A stretch of DNA of 64,000 bases from Candidatus Heimdallarchaeota archaeon (GCA_011364965.1 RDOB01000003.1:272939-336938); one strand, 5' to 3'; shown: positions 20,495 through 31,401, counted from the stretch's first letter. A program made the numbers and translations. The notes: generated from the letters alone by a model not told the origin.

Positions 20495-20713
20495 AGGATG
20501 AAGGTATTAATGGTTAAAGAAATAGGTAACTAACACGAGGATAATATCTTGGTTATATTTGTGATCTTAACCCATATAACTAATCCGTGAAGAAAGTTAA
20601 TTTAGAGACAATAATCTAATATTTTCGGAACAATTTTCTCAATTTCAGATAAAAGAAGTATAATCCGAGTACAGAATCCACTTTATACGAAGATTCTTTA
20701 TATTAAAACCCAC

Positions 20714-21808
20714 TTGGAAGTGAAGTATGTGATATTAGACGATATAAACAGAATTAATGGGTTAGATTCACAAAATATGTTGCAAATGGTATATAATTGG
20801 CCAGAATTAATAGAAGAAGTAATTAAACAACCTTTTGAGATGGAAGTCGATGAACCAATAACTAACATTGTCATATGTGGAATGGGAGGATCTGCTGTTT
20901 CTGGAGATTATCTTAGAACTTTATTAGAAGAGACGCTTCCTATTCCTATTACGATCCAACGGAATTATGATTTGCCAGCATTTGCCAAAGAATCGACTTT
21001 GGTAATATTAATCTCGTATTCAGGTGATACAGAAGAAACCATTTCATGTTTAATTGATGTAATTAAACAGAAGACTAAAGTTGTAGGAATTAGCTCAGGT
21101 GGAACATTGGAAAACTATTTCAAAGAGCATAAGTTGCCATTCTTTCACATTCAAGAAGGCTATCAACCAAGAGCTTCGTTTCCACTCCTTTTCTTCCCTC
21201 TCCTTTTGATTCTGAATTCTATAAATCTCTATCACCTTAATAAAGGAACTCTTGACAATTTATTAAGTTTACTACGCCAAATCCGAGATGAAATAGACAG
21301 AAAGGTTCCAACTGAAAACAATAGAGCAAAACAGATCGCTCAAGAATTATTCAATACAATTCCGGTTATCTGGTCTCCTTATCTATGTACTGCAAACCGT
21401 ATGAAGTGCCAGTTGAATGAAAATTCTAAAACTTTAGCTATTGCTGAAGAGTTGCCAGAATTAAACCATAATCATATTGTGGGTTTTGAAAACTGGTCTC
21501 AAGAGAATCCTTTCTACATTCTTGTAAATCGATTTTCATCCGAACATCCTAATGTTTCCCAAAGATTTGTAATCACAAAGGAGATTATAGAGAAAAAAGT
21601 TCCCTTTATAGAAATTCATGCCCGTGGTGAGACCCTTTTAGAACAACTTCTTTCCTGTACCTATATTGGTGATTATATCTCAATATATGTAGCTATATTG
21701 AATCAACAAGATCCAAATACCGTTGATAGTATCAATTACTTGAAAAAAGAAATGGAAAAAAGGACACAAACCCAATCAGCTATAGTGAATGCACTAAAGA
21801 AACTTTAA
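20714..21808 (+). CDS. Bifunctional phosphoglucose/phosphomannose isomerase
   Basis: CGMGGSAVSGD, SYSGDTEET, QPRA, QLNENSK, PELNHN. Confidence 0.95.
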   Translation: MEVKYVILDDINRINGLDSQNMLQMVYNWPELIEEVIKQPFEMEVDEPITNIVICGMGGSAVSGDYLRTLLEETLPIPITIQRNYDLPAFAKESTLVILISYSGDTEETISCLIDVIKQKTKVVGISSGGTLENYFKEHKLPFFHIQEGYQPRASFPLLFFPLLLILNSINLYHLNKGTLDNLLSLLRQIRDEIDRKVPTENNRAKQIAQELFNTIPVIWSPYLCTANRMKCQLNENSKTLAIAEELPELNHNHIVGFENWSQENPFYILVNRFSSEHPNVSQRFVITKEIIEKKVPFIEIHARGETLLEQLLSCTYIGDYISIYVAILNQQDPNTVDSINYLKKEMEKRTQTQSAIVNALKKL

Positions 21809-21940
21809 AGAAAAGAACGACTATATTTTCGCCCACTTCTCTGATTTTCTAAATCAGAACTTAGATTAGTAGAATGAAAAACCCTTCCAATATGATACAT
21901 TTACATGCATTAACATCGAATAACGTTCCTTGATTGTAAG

Positions 21941-23305
21941 GTGAGGAATATGAGTAATTATGATATTATAATAGTTGGAGCGGGCACAGCGGGGTCAGTG
22001 TTAGCTGCTGGATTGGCAACTCAAGGTATTAAAGCTGCTTTATTTGATAGATTAGAAAAAGAGAAAATTGGCATAAAAGTTTGCGGAGATGCTACGAGTA
22101 TTGACCATTTTGAAAGAATTAGATCTATCGTTAAGATCGATCCTCCACATGGAGAGGAAATTCAACAGAAAGTTGAAGGAGCTTGGATATACTCACCTGA
22201 TAGAAAAGTTAAATTTGAATTAGTAGAAGAAGGTTCTACTGGGGTGATTATTGATCGTTTTAAACTTGGAATGAGAATTCTAGACAATGCTATTGATTAT
22301 GGAGCAGAACTTTACGACTCTAGCATGGTTAAAGACCCAATTATTAAAGATGATCAAGTCAAAGGAATAAAATATCGTGGGAAGGACAATAATCTTCATG
22401 AAATATCCGCAAAGGTTGTTGTAGATGCTAGTGGAGTTGGCGCGGTGCTAAGAAAAAAGTTAGATAAAAATAAGACACATATGGATCATGAGCTAGCTCC
22501 AAAAGACGTATGTAATTGCTACCGGGAAATAAGGGATGTTAAAGAAGAAATCGAATCACCTGGTTTTATTAGATTAATGTTTGATCAAGATATAGCAGCT
22601 GGAGGTTATATATGGGAATTTCCCCGAGGATCGAACTCAATGAATGTAGGGCTTGGAGTCATGCGAATGAATAAATTGAATCCCCATCGCCAATTCGATC
22701 TATTTTTAAAACAGCAGGAAAAATTGTATAGGGATTCAAAGCTCATTCATGGAGGAGCTTGGAGGGTACCGCTACGTAGACCGCAGGATAATCTCGTATG
22801 GAACGGTTTCATGCTCATTGGGGATTCAGGAACACAAGTAAAACCCACTGATGGCGGAGGAATTGGAATATCTGTAACTGCCGCTGCAATGGCAACTAAA
22901 ACAATAACATCAGCTTTAGAATTTGATGATGTAAGTATGAAAGGTTTATGGCCTTATAGTGTAGAATTTATGACAACAATTGCCCCAGTGACCGCACCAT
23001 TGGCAATACTTAAGGATTACTTCATTACTCTCCCAAGCGCTACAATTAATGAAGTATTTCATAAAAGAGTTGTTGAAGGAGAGGAATTACTTTATGGGAA
23101 TGCAAAGGGGCAAATTGACAGTGGATTAATCAAAAATCTTCAGCGCGCTTATAGAGGTCGTAGAATATTAGGTACGCTTCTTGGTTTCCGTTCTGCTATT
23201 AATAAGAGTAATAAAGCTCGTAATTTATATTATGATTATCCTAAAACTCCTGACGCATTCCCTGCATGGAGAAATGAAATCTTAAATACGTATGGAGAAT
23301 TATAA
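21941..23305 (+). CDS. Geranylgeranyl reductase family (digeranylgeranylglycerophospholipid reductase-like)
   Basis: GAGTAG FAD motif, KVCGDA, GGYIWEFP, NVGLG, IGDSG..VKPTDGGGI. Confidence 0.88.
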   Translation: MRNMSNYDIIIVGAGTAGSVLAAGLATQGIKAALFDRLEKEKIGIKVCGDATSIDHFERIRSIVKIDPPHGEEIQQKVEGAWIYSPDRKVKFELVEEGSTGVIIDRFKLGMRILDNAIDYGAELYDSSMVKDPIIKDDQVKGIKYRGKDNNLHEISAKVVVDASGVGAVLRKKLDKNKTHMDHELAPKDVCNCYREIRDVKEEIESPGFIRLMFDQDIAAGGYIWEFPRGSNSMNVGLGVMRMNKLNPHRQFDLFLKQQEKLYRDSKLIHGGAWRVPLRRPQDNLVWNGFMLIGDSGTQVKPTDGGGIGISVTAAAMATKTITSALEFDDVSMKGLWPYSVEFMTTIAPVTAPLAILKDYFITLPSATINEVFHKRVVEGEELLYGNAKGQIDSGLIKNLQRAYRGRRILGTLLGFRSAINKSNKARNLYYDYPKTPDAFPAWRNEILNTYGEL

Positions 23306-23327
23306 AAAATAAATTCCTCTTTTCTTT

Positions 23328-25124
23328 TTATTTCATAAACACGTCATCAACTAGCTTTAAAGGAGGAGGACATACTTGCATATTTCCAATTGCGGTTGAA
23401 TAAACATAACCTGAAAAATTACCTAACACTCTCCGAGAGTTTTTATAAATTTCAGCATCTTCATAAGCAGTGGATGAAACAAGAAGCTCGAAAAGTGCTG
23501 TACCCTTTCCATTTAAAGATTTCAGGTTCAATCCTATCTCAATATTATCGTCATGTACTTGGAAGATGAAATATTCATTTCCAATATATTTCTGAGGAAG
23601 GATATCATCAAAGAATTCTTTGGGGACATTTAGAAGCTTAATAAATTTTATATTCTGAATATCTTCCTCGTAGATTAAAATTGGGGGATTAGTACTAAAA
23701 TATTGAGTTTTCATTATGTCTAGAGTAATAGCTAGAAGCTGAGAAATAATAGCATTTGAATAAGGTATTAAAAAATCACTTATCGCTTCAAATCCTTCAT
23801 TATAGCGTTTTTCTTGTAGAAACTTAAGAATTTTTATCTTTTGTTCTTTTGCTGGCATCTCTAGTAATTTAATGAGACGAGAAGGCAATCTCTCATAAAA
23901 ATAATGAGCAATAATATTTTCCATTGCAAATTCAATTCCCCCTAGTTCAACAAATACCTCAAGTGCTTTCTGATCTTTTTTCAGTGAAGATTCTTTAAAA
24001 GCGACCTCAAGTTGCAAACGCTTCTTCATTATTGACTCCATATCTGAATAGGGGGATAAAATCCAATCTTCACCTGCTTTAACATATTTAAATATTGGAG
24101 GTGTCTGTCGTAATGAAGAGATAATACTCTTCTCAAAATTTTGGAATTCTTTTCTAATTTCTTTTTCTAATCTTCCCCATTCTTTATCGAGAGAGTCTTT
24201 TAATGACTCAAATTCCTTAGAATTGATTTTTTTCTGACCAATTACCCTAGATTGTATTTTCTCGAGATCTTTTAAGATCTTGTCCTTTATTTTTGAAAAT
24301 TGAGTTCTCTCGGAGAATGTTTCAAGGGTAAAATTAGAATCATTATTTGAAGCTTTAATTTGACAAGAATCAATTATTGAAATTATTGGATCGTAACCGT
24401 CTCGTTTTAAATTATTTAAATAATTTTCACTCATTCGAGTAAGATAATCAGATGGCTTTTGATAAAAAAAATGAATAATATCCTCAATGTCAATTTCTAT
24501 TGCTGTTGGTAATATTCCATTAAGAGAAACGTTTTTCCATTTATAATCTACGAGTGCTTTTAAGAAAATAACAAATGGATTGATTAGCTTTAGATTTTCA
24601 GCCAGCTTTCGAATCTGGGAATCTAAATCGCGAAAGAGTCTTCCAGCACGTCCTTCATTTTCTATAAGCAAGTAAGTAAACAATGACGTAGTAGTACTAA
24701 TTAAAGCTCCCTCTAAAGCATTTTTCACAAGCACTGCTGATTCAGGATTGCCTGATAAATCATATTCCGCTCTTTCAATACCAAAAGTCGGCAATGGACG
24801 ATCTCCCTCGAGTAAAGTTGCTAGTTCCTGCTTTAATTGACTCCCACTCATTTTTTTAATCGCATCAGGACTCGTATCAAGTAAAAAGCTTGTAAAAGCT
24901 AAAAAAAAGGGTCTTTTTCGAAACTCATATTGAGTAACAGCATTGTGAAGAAGAATACGAAGTTCTTCAGATTCTATGATTTTATTTACTTCTTTATCAG
25001 GAAAAGCAATATCCAAAAGCTGTTTTACAATCACTAATCCCTGTTCCCCGAATGGTTCAGCATCATATCCTTGAATGAATTCTTTCAACAATTTTCCTGC
25101 TGTTACACTTTTTATTGAAACCAT
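23328..25124 (-). CDS. Large helical hypothetical protein
   Basis: 598-aa ORF with coiled-coil-like middle; 7 bp downstream of the longin-like gene. Confidence 0.75.
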   Translation of the reverse strand: MVSIKSVTAGKLLKEFIQGYDAEPFGEQGLVIVKQLLDIAFPDKEVNKIIESEELRILLHNAVTQYEFRKRPFFLAFTSFLLDTSPDAIKKMSGSQLKQELATLLEGDRPLPTFGIERAEYDLSGNPESAVLVKNALEGALISTTTSLFTYLLIENEGRAGRLFRDLDSQIRKLAENLKLINPFVIFLKALVDYKWKNVSLNGILPTAIEIDIEDIIHFFYQKPSDYLTRMSENYLNNLKRDGYDPIISIIDSCQIKASNNDSNFTLETFSERTQFSKIKDKILKDLEKIQSRVIGQKKINSKEFESLKDSLDKEWGRLEKEIRKEFQNFEKSIISSLRQTPPIFKYVKAGEDWILSPYSDMESIMKKRLQLEVAFKESSLKKDQKALEVFVELGGIEFAMENIIAHYFYERLPSRLIKLLEMPAKEQKIKILKFLQEKRYNEGFEAISDFLIPYSNAIISQLLAITLDIMKTQYFSTNPPILIYEEDIQNIKFIKLLNVPKEFFDDILPQKYIGNEYFIFQVHDDNIEIGLNLKSLNGKGTALFELLVSSTAYEDAEIYKNSRRVLGNFSGYVYSTAIGNMQVCPPPLKLVDDVFMK

Positions 25125-25131
25125 TCGAGGT

Positions 25132-25905
25132 TCACTGCTCCTGTTGGGGCCATTGAAATTCCACTTTCTGAAGATAATCCTTTAGAAGAGCACTGGGTCC
25201 CCTTCCACGAATTTCTTCAGCCATTAATTCCTTTATTTTCACTCTTAAGCGTAGAATGATTTGATCAATGTTCTTCGCGGTGATTAATGGAGATACAGAA
25301 TGACTTAGTGCATGTAGCTCTAATGATTTCCAGACTGCTAAATCGATCGCATTCTCTATTTTTTCAGGAAAAGTAAGATCCTCTAAATTAAGATCAAGCT
25401 GTTGGAATACAGATTCGTCTATTTTCGTCAAAGCTTTCTCAAGTATATTTGTTTCCTGAAAAGGACACTCTTTCATCTGTTTTCTCCAAGTAAAGATCGA
25501 TTGATAACCTAACTTCACTTGATATTTGTCAGGAAGAGCTCCTACGAGTAATACTTCTTGGAATGCTGGATTAAAAGCATAATCAGATAGATATCTTGAA
25601 CCTAAGGCACCTGCTAGTACCCTCATCTGTTGATTGATATGCTGTGGAAATCCAGTTTTACTCCAAACAAAGAAGCCAACCAAAGCATCTTGACCGACGT
25701 TCTGAATATAAATTCGCCCCTCTTTGGCCTGAATGTCGTCTAATTGCCCCATACCTGTTTCCGCTTCAGTTAGTGAATTTATAGCAGTAAGGATCCCACC
25801 AAAAAGAAGTGATTTCTCGCTGGAGAAACCTAGTGAAACCGCAGGAATACCATGATTCACAATGAAGAACGCGATTTGAGGGCATTTAGGTTTTTTCGTA
25901 GCCAA
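25132..25905 (-). CDS. Longin/roadblock-like N-terminal domain protein
   Basis: 'FFIVNHGIP' and 'LLFGGILTAINSLTEAE...LDDIQ' match the Asgard-type longin pattern. Confidence 0.6.
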   Translation of the reverse strand: MATKKPKCPQIAFFIVNHGIPAVSLGFSSEKSLLFGGILTAINSLTEAETGMGQLDDIQAKEGRIYIQNVGQDALVGFFVWSKTGFPQHINQQMRVLAGALGSRYLSDYAFNPAFQEVLLVGALPDKYQVKLGYQSIFTWRKQMKECPFQETNILEKALTKIDESVFQQLDLNLEDLTFPEKIENAIDLAVWKSLELHALSHSVSPLITAKNIDQIILRLRVKIKELMAEEIRGRGPSALLKDYLQKVEFQWPQQEQ

Positions 25906-26081
25906 AGATTATTCCTCGGTAAATTTTCCAGAGTTCAAATAAAGGACGTCAAATAGGGGGAGAACGAATGAACTATTAAGTTTCTTTGTGTTACAGCTTT
26001 TTATTTTTATGAATAAATTGGAATTCTTATAACCTTGCTTTTATAAGAAGATTTCTAAAATTTGCTTTACTATAACAAGTC

Positions 26082-27362
26082 ATGAGTATTTTGTTGTTAC
26101 AAATGCAAATCAAGTTCTTTCCGAAAAAGATTGGCCATCTCGTCAATTATCCACTTTTTGGTTTAATTTTTTCAGTTTTAGCCAACTTATTATTACAGAT
26201 GGTCGTATCGCTCCTTTATTTCAACCCAGTTGATTTTGTATTACAATTTGAAGCCGCAAAAGCGATCTCACGAGGAGCGGTACTCTATAGGGATATTGAT
26301 TCGATAATAATTGATAATACAATTCTTCCCCGTCCTCAATATCCGCCATTGTACTTATACACATTATCAATGCTAATAACCTTAATCCCTATTGAAAACT
26401 TTCCGTGGCAAATGGTAAAAATATTTTTAGTTATCATTAATATTATAACTGGGCTTTTAGTATATCAAATCATCTTAAATATTTTCAAAAATCATTCAAA
26501 AAAATATCTCATTGCTTTACTTGGTCTTAACTGGTTCTTACTTAATCCATCTACGTTAGGTATCGTTTTTGGCGGTTATCATGACAATTTCATGATGATG
26601 TTTGTTTTAGGAGGATTTTTATTCTTTTTAAAACAAAAATTCAAATTTACAGGTGTTATGTTTGGTTTGGCATTACTTGTGAAACCAATTGCAATAATAT
26701 ATATGTTGCCTTTGTTCATGTGGGGAATCAAAGAAAATTTTAGACAAATCGTTGAGATATGGGGATTTTCAGCCGTAATTTTCTTATTGGGAGCATTACC
26801 ATTTTTATTGATATCACCTGTGGAATTTCTAACAGATGTTTTCCTTATCCATACAATAAGACCAGACCCAAGTATGTCCATTTATGCATATTTACCATTA
26901 AATATCTCAACAGGACCAGTATCTTTTCTAATTCAAGGTTTTTTGATAAGTATACTCATTCTTTATACCAAAATAAGTTTTACTGCTTTCAATAAAGAAG
27001 AATCTTTAAAACTGGTTCTTCCACTTTTTACTCTCTTTTTAATAACAAATCGGATTCTTTATCCTCATTATATTCCATTAATTTTCCCCTTTTTTACATT
27101 CAACCTACTTTTTTTGATATTTCAATCGACTCATCCACGACGTCCTAGATTTGTTTCTGGATTAATTCTAGGACTTGGATTAGTTTACGCAGGATATATA
27201 TCTTGGTCGATAATTTGGGCTATTGATACATATGCTAGTTTCTATTCAAACCCATATTTTCTATATAGTGCTCTTCTCTGTATTTTAGGACTTCTTATTA
27301 TCTTTTTATGCTCATTAGGTGTAATAATTATCGAGAAAAAAGAGTTAGAGGTGATCATATGA
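26082..27362 (+). CDS. GT-C fold polyprenyl-phosphate-sugar glycosyltransferase (GT87/PIG-M-like)
   Basis: 'D..LQ...A..I..G..LY', QYPPL, LNP, 'GLALLVKP'; more than 10 TMs. Confidence 0.78.
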   Translation: MSILLLQMQIKFFPKKIGHLVNYPLFGLIFSVLANLLLQMVVSLLYFNPVDFVLQFEAAKAISRGAVLYRDIDSIIIDNTILPRPQYPPLYLYTLSMLITLIPIENFPWQMVKIFLVIINIITGLLVYQIILNIFKNHSKKYLIALLGLNWFLLNPSTLGIVFGGYHDNFMMMFVLGGFLFFLKQKFKFTGVMFGLALLVKPIAIIYMLPLFMWGIKENFRQIVEIWGFSAVIFLLGALPFLLISPVEFLTDVFLIHTIRPDPSMSIYAYLPLNISTGPVSFLIQGFLISILILYTKISFTAFNKEESLKLVLPLFTLFLITNRILYPHYIPLIFPFFTFNLLFLIFQSTHPRRPRFVSGLILGLGLVYAGYISWSIIWAIDTYASFYSNPYFLYSALLCILGLLIIFLCSLGVIIIEKKELEVII

Positions 27363-27958
27363 AAAAATACGATCTATACGGATGGGGTCAAGCCATACCT
27401 TCTTCTTTTGCTACAATCAGTATTTCTATTTTTCTTCTGCTCATATACATACTTGGAATTTTAATCCCTCCCCATTCAATATTAATAACCTCTTTTGACA
27501 TTTTAAAGGTATTTGGGTTTTCTGAAGAAGTTTTAACAGGAGAAATATATCGTTTAATTACATCGATATTAATACACGGCAATATTGTACATTTGTTGAC
27601 AAATATCTTATTTTTAATAATATTTGGTCTGCGACTTGAAGAATTAAAGGGACCTTGGATTGTTTATTTTATCTTTATTATTAGTGGTTTAATAGGTAAT
27701 CTTGGATCCTTGCTATGGCTTTTCTTCGGTATCAATTTTTTGTCATTTGGATCCTCTGGGTCAATTTTTGGCCTATTTGGAGCACTTATATTTATTTTGA
27801 GAGGAAAATCTAAAGGAGAACAAAGAAAAATGCTATTTCTGAGTATATTTTTCTTCTCTTTGACAATAGGACATAATACAAATATTATATCACATGTTTT
27901 TGGGTTAGTAAGCGGTTATTGCACAATGATGGGAATAAAAGAAAAACGACGTCCATAA
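27359..27958 (+). CDS. Rhomboid intramembrane serine protease
   Basis: YRLITS..IH....HL..N, GSSG catalytic Ser, 'SHVFG' His; ATG 27359 overlaps upstream stop. Confidence 0.9.
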   Translation: MKKYDLYGWGQAIPSSFATISISIFLLLIYILGILIPPHSILITSFDILKVFGFSEEVLTGEIYRLITSILIHGNIVHLLTNILFLIIFGLRLEELKGPWIVYFIFIISGLIGNLGSLLWLFFGINFLSFGSSGSIFGLFGALIFILRGKSKGEQRKMLFLSIFFFSLTIGHNTNIISHVFGLVSGYCTMMGIKEKRRP

Positions 27959-27966
27959 GAATATAC

Positions 27967-29568
27967 CTAATCAAGTTCTGCTAGGAAATCACAGCAGGGG
28001 TATCCATTGGCTTGACATTTAGTCTCACGAACACTCACTTCGTCTTCAACCAGAAGATCTAATCGTCCTCCGATAAATCCAGCCATGAAATCATCAAGTG
28101 TGGTTATTCTGGGGGGTTTCTCAACACCTGGAAATAGAGCAGATAGATCAACAGTTGAAAGGTCGATACCTGAGGTTGCAGCACTTTCCCAAACTTTAAA
28201 AATTGCAGATTCATCATCAATTATCTCTACAGTTACTTCTCCATGAATTCGCGTTTGTTGTCTACCAGGAGCGCTGAAATAGTACCCTAATACTTCACAG
28301 GCTTGAGAAAATTCCATAGGAAAGGTATATCCCAAGTTGCGTCTATGGATAATCCGACTAATTGAGCCTACATCCTCTAACATTTGCCCATAATTTTGTC
28401 CTGCATAGGCGAGTAGAGTGGAATTAAATGGATCAGAGAATTTAACTGAGGTAAGAATGTGTTGCAAAGTGGAGATATGAATATAGTCTCCCATACCGGG
28501 CCGCATGATTCGTCTGAATAGGATAGAATCAAACATGTTTCTAGAAATAGTGGCCAAAGAAAGCTCAAATCTTAATCGATCGTTTTGAGAGAAGAATTCC
28601 TCGGTTTTAATATTTGAAGCGCTATAGTGATCCGAGGTTTCTCCTAGACGAATATCAAATTCACAATAATCATCTCCAAGTCCACAACATTTAGTTTCTA
28701 CGACAGAAGCTATTTCTCCTAGTGTGACCTCCAGTAATCCCGATATCTCGCCAGCGAGAAAACCACATACATCCTGACCTATTTCCTCGTTGCGTACAGC
28801 ATGCGCAGAACCATGAACTTGTAGTGTAGCATGATAATCCGATAGTTGAGTAAAATCGAGATCTGTTGCAACATTCGAAGCCATAGGGTTTGGACCATAA
28901 AGAACCTTGAATCCCTTCAACATCTCTCGAAAACGTTCTTTCATTCTATGAGTAGACATAATCTTAGGATTATAACGATGAATCCAAGATTGAGCAGCCC
29001 CAAATTTACCTGCTAACTCTCCAGAACGAAATAAGTGGCTTTTTGCTCTTGGATTAATTGCCAATAAAGAAGTTACAATAGACTGTAAATGACCAATATG
29101 GACATAATCTCCGACTGATGGCCTCGTAACATCCTCCAGTTCTTCTACATCTAATAATTTCTCGGAAACAGTTATTATAGAAAGTTTACGCCAACGATCA
29201 CGGTCTGCTTCGCTTGCTTTTACACCTGCTTCAATAAGTTTATTGAATAGGAAGTTAAAGAGGTCATATTGATCTGCAGAAAACATGGAAGAGGTATCAG
29301 TATCCATAGAAGTGAAACCTGAAAACATAGAGGCAGCTTGAGTTGCAGAGAGGGCCACTTCATTATTATACAAAACATGTGGAACATTTCTGACACTGTA
29401 CTTCCCTGCGATTTCAGGATGCTCGGAAGTATCAATTATAGTAATCGTAGCGCCACCTTGACTGGTGTCTACGATTCGTTTTAGGTGTTTTTCCACAGGT
29501 TTGCACAAAGCACATTTAGGCCCCTTAAAAAGAATTATGTTCACCGCTTCGGTCATATTTCGTCCCAT
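27967..29568 (-). CDS. Thioredoxin-like domain fused to two V4R domains
   Basis: CALC + NVP; two RP..GDY.HI repeats; 'C.FLAGEISG...VVETKCCGLGDDYCEF' and 'GFIGG...VRETKCQANGYPCCDF'. Confidence 0.82.
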   Translation of the reverse strand: MGRNMTEAVNIILFKGPKCALCKPVEKHLKRIVDTSQGGATITIIDTSEHPEIAGKYSVRNVPHVLYNNEVALSATQAASMFSGFTSMDTDTSSMFSADQYDLFNFLFNKLIEAGVKASEADRDRWRKLSIITVSEKLLDVEELEDVTRPSVGDYVHIGHLQSIVTSLLAINPRAKSHLFRSGELAGKFGAAQSWIHRYNPKIMSTHRMKERFREMLKGFKVLYGPNPMASNVATDLDFTQLSDYHATLQVHGSAHAVRNEEIGQDVCGFLAGEISGLLEVTLGEIASVVETKCCGLGDDYCEFDIRLGETSDHYSASNIKTEEFFSQNDRLRFELSLATISRNMFDSILFRRIMRPGMGDYIHISTLQHILTSVKFSDPFNSTLLAYAGQNYGQMLEDVGSISRIIHRRNLGYTFPMEFSQACEVLGYYFSAPGRQQTRIHGEVTVEIIDDESAIFKVWESAATSGIDLSTVDLSALFPGVEKPPRITTLDDFMAGFIGGRLDLLVEDEVSVRETKCQANGYPCCDFLAELD

Positions 29569-30000
29569 AATTTAACTTCAATGCCAGATTTCGCTAATCG
29601 ACACAAGAAGATTTTAGATTTTTGAGATGAAGATTATTCTCCATCTTTGAACTCTTATAAGATATATTTGTCTATAAATCTAATTAAGATTTCGTAATTT
29701 CCCTAGATTGTTTCTCCTTGCTTTCTCTCTTCTCGGTTTAAATGATGTTAGTATTTCAAGGATAGAAAAAATTGGCGACTACTTAGTTGATCGTCTTAAA
29801 AAACCTCTTAGATCACTCATTTTGTTTAAGGGGCTGTAATCCTCACTTCATTACGGAAGATTAGATGAGAAATATCAATGAAGACAATAGCTCATTGCCA
29901 AGCTGTTCCTTGATAAGATCTAAAAATCCCGAGACTTTCAATAGATAATTATGAAATTTGCAAGTCTTGCTACTATTTGTAGAAAAATTAATTCTTAATG

Positions 30001-30497
30001 TCAGAAAATTAACTTACTAAAAAATTTATGTACTGTTAGGGGGAGTACCGACAGGTTTCGGGGAGTTTCATGTTGAAATAGATGAAAGAAGGTACCATTA
30101 TGTAATATGGGATCCGCATTGACTTTGATAGAATCATTTCTTTGCTTATATCCATCATTTGCCTCAATAATTAAGTTGATTTCTCCATTCGAAATCCTAG
30201 TTGTATTTAAGTAATATATAATATATCCAATAGAATAAGAAATCACGGTTAACCCAGAATCTTGAGAATAAGTGTATAATGAATAAGCAATTTCCTCTCC
30301 ACGCTCTGTATTTGCTTCAGTCCAATAAAGTCTAACTATTCCTGATAAATTATATCCATTGTCAGGATATAGTCATCTAATATCAGGTGCATGACATCCA
30401 GTGGACGATTGGGGTAGATTTATTACTGGAATTACATTTAAAGAAAGTAAAAAAGAAATAAGTACAAGAGAAGAAAATTCTTTATTTGATATTTCAT
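30001..30497 (-). pseudogene. Pseudogene of secreted Ig-like domain protein
   Basis: Signal-like stretch then APDIR*LYPDNGYNLSGIVRLYW...NTT..NG..LIIEANDG; in-frame TGA at 30373-30375; upstream ATG (30497) in a different frame. Confidence 0.55.
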
Positions 30498-30656
30498 CTA
30501 AAAGTAAGAAGACACTATAATAATAATGTACTTTCTTGTAAGAATATCGAAAAAAGAATTGCCTTAATCCTAAATACTAAAATCAATCTTTTAGATTGAA
30601 CCACACTAAATAGATTATAATGTTTATATTAAAAACCACTTAGATGGCTGTCGAAC

Positions 30657-31400
30657 ATGGAAATTGAAAAATTTTCTGAATCATTTCTTGAAATTAAAAA
30701 CCCCACAGTATTAGAGGTTTACCAAGGGTATTTAATCTCCGGTAAGCTGAGAAAAAAACCCAGGATAGTATGGATTAATAAGCAGAATGTTGATGGATTA
30801 ACAGAAATAGCAAAAATAGTAGCAATTGAAACAGCTTTTCATGGAATCCTTTCTTTCATACCAGGAGGATCATTTGCTTATCGATTACTTAAAGATCAAA
30901 TTGGATATCCTCCTCGCTATAATGTAATTATGGAACCAGATTTTTATAGAGTGAAATATACTGTTATAACTCTTGATGGTAAAGGGGAACCAAAAGGAGT
31001 CGTAGATGGCTTACTGCAAGGAGTTGATTCTGTTGCTAAATTAGCTTTTGATACGGGCTCGAAAGCAGGTGGAATTTTGAAAGATTTGTTCAAAGGAGAT
31101 AAAATTCTCAAGCAAAAGGAAGAGATACCTTCCAAGGAGGAAGAGATTCTCGGATTTACTTATATTAGATTTGAAGACATAGTTACGCTCACACGGAATA
31201 GTATTATAAGGAAAAAACTTTCTGAAACTCCTTCAAAGTCAATGAAGCTTATAAAGAAAACAACAGCTGACTTATTGCCTCCAGTTGTCTTGAACTTCAA
31301 AACAACTGAAAATGAAAAAGCTATTACATTCCTAATGGCATTAAAGAAGTTGGGATTTCAAGTTGATTACTCGGAGTCACTCCTTGAGGAAATTCGATAA
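30657..31400 (+). CDS. Hypothetical protein
   Basis: 247-aa ORF, no recognisable family. Confidence 0.7.
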   Translation: MEIEKFSESFLEIKNPTVLEVYQGYLISGKLRKKPRIVWINKQNVDGLTEIAKIVAIETAFHGILSFIPGGSFAYRLLKDQIGYPPRYNVIMEPDFYRVKYTVITLDGKGEPKGVVDGLLQGVDSVAKLAFDTGSKAGGILKDLFKGDKILKQKEEIPSKEEEILGFTYIRFEDIVTLTRNSIIRKKLSETPSKSMKLIKKTTADLLPPVVLNFKTTENEKAITFLMALKKLGFQVDYSESLLEEIR

Positions 31401-31401
31401 G

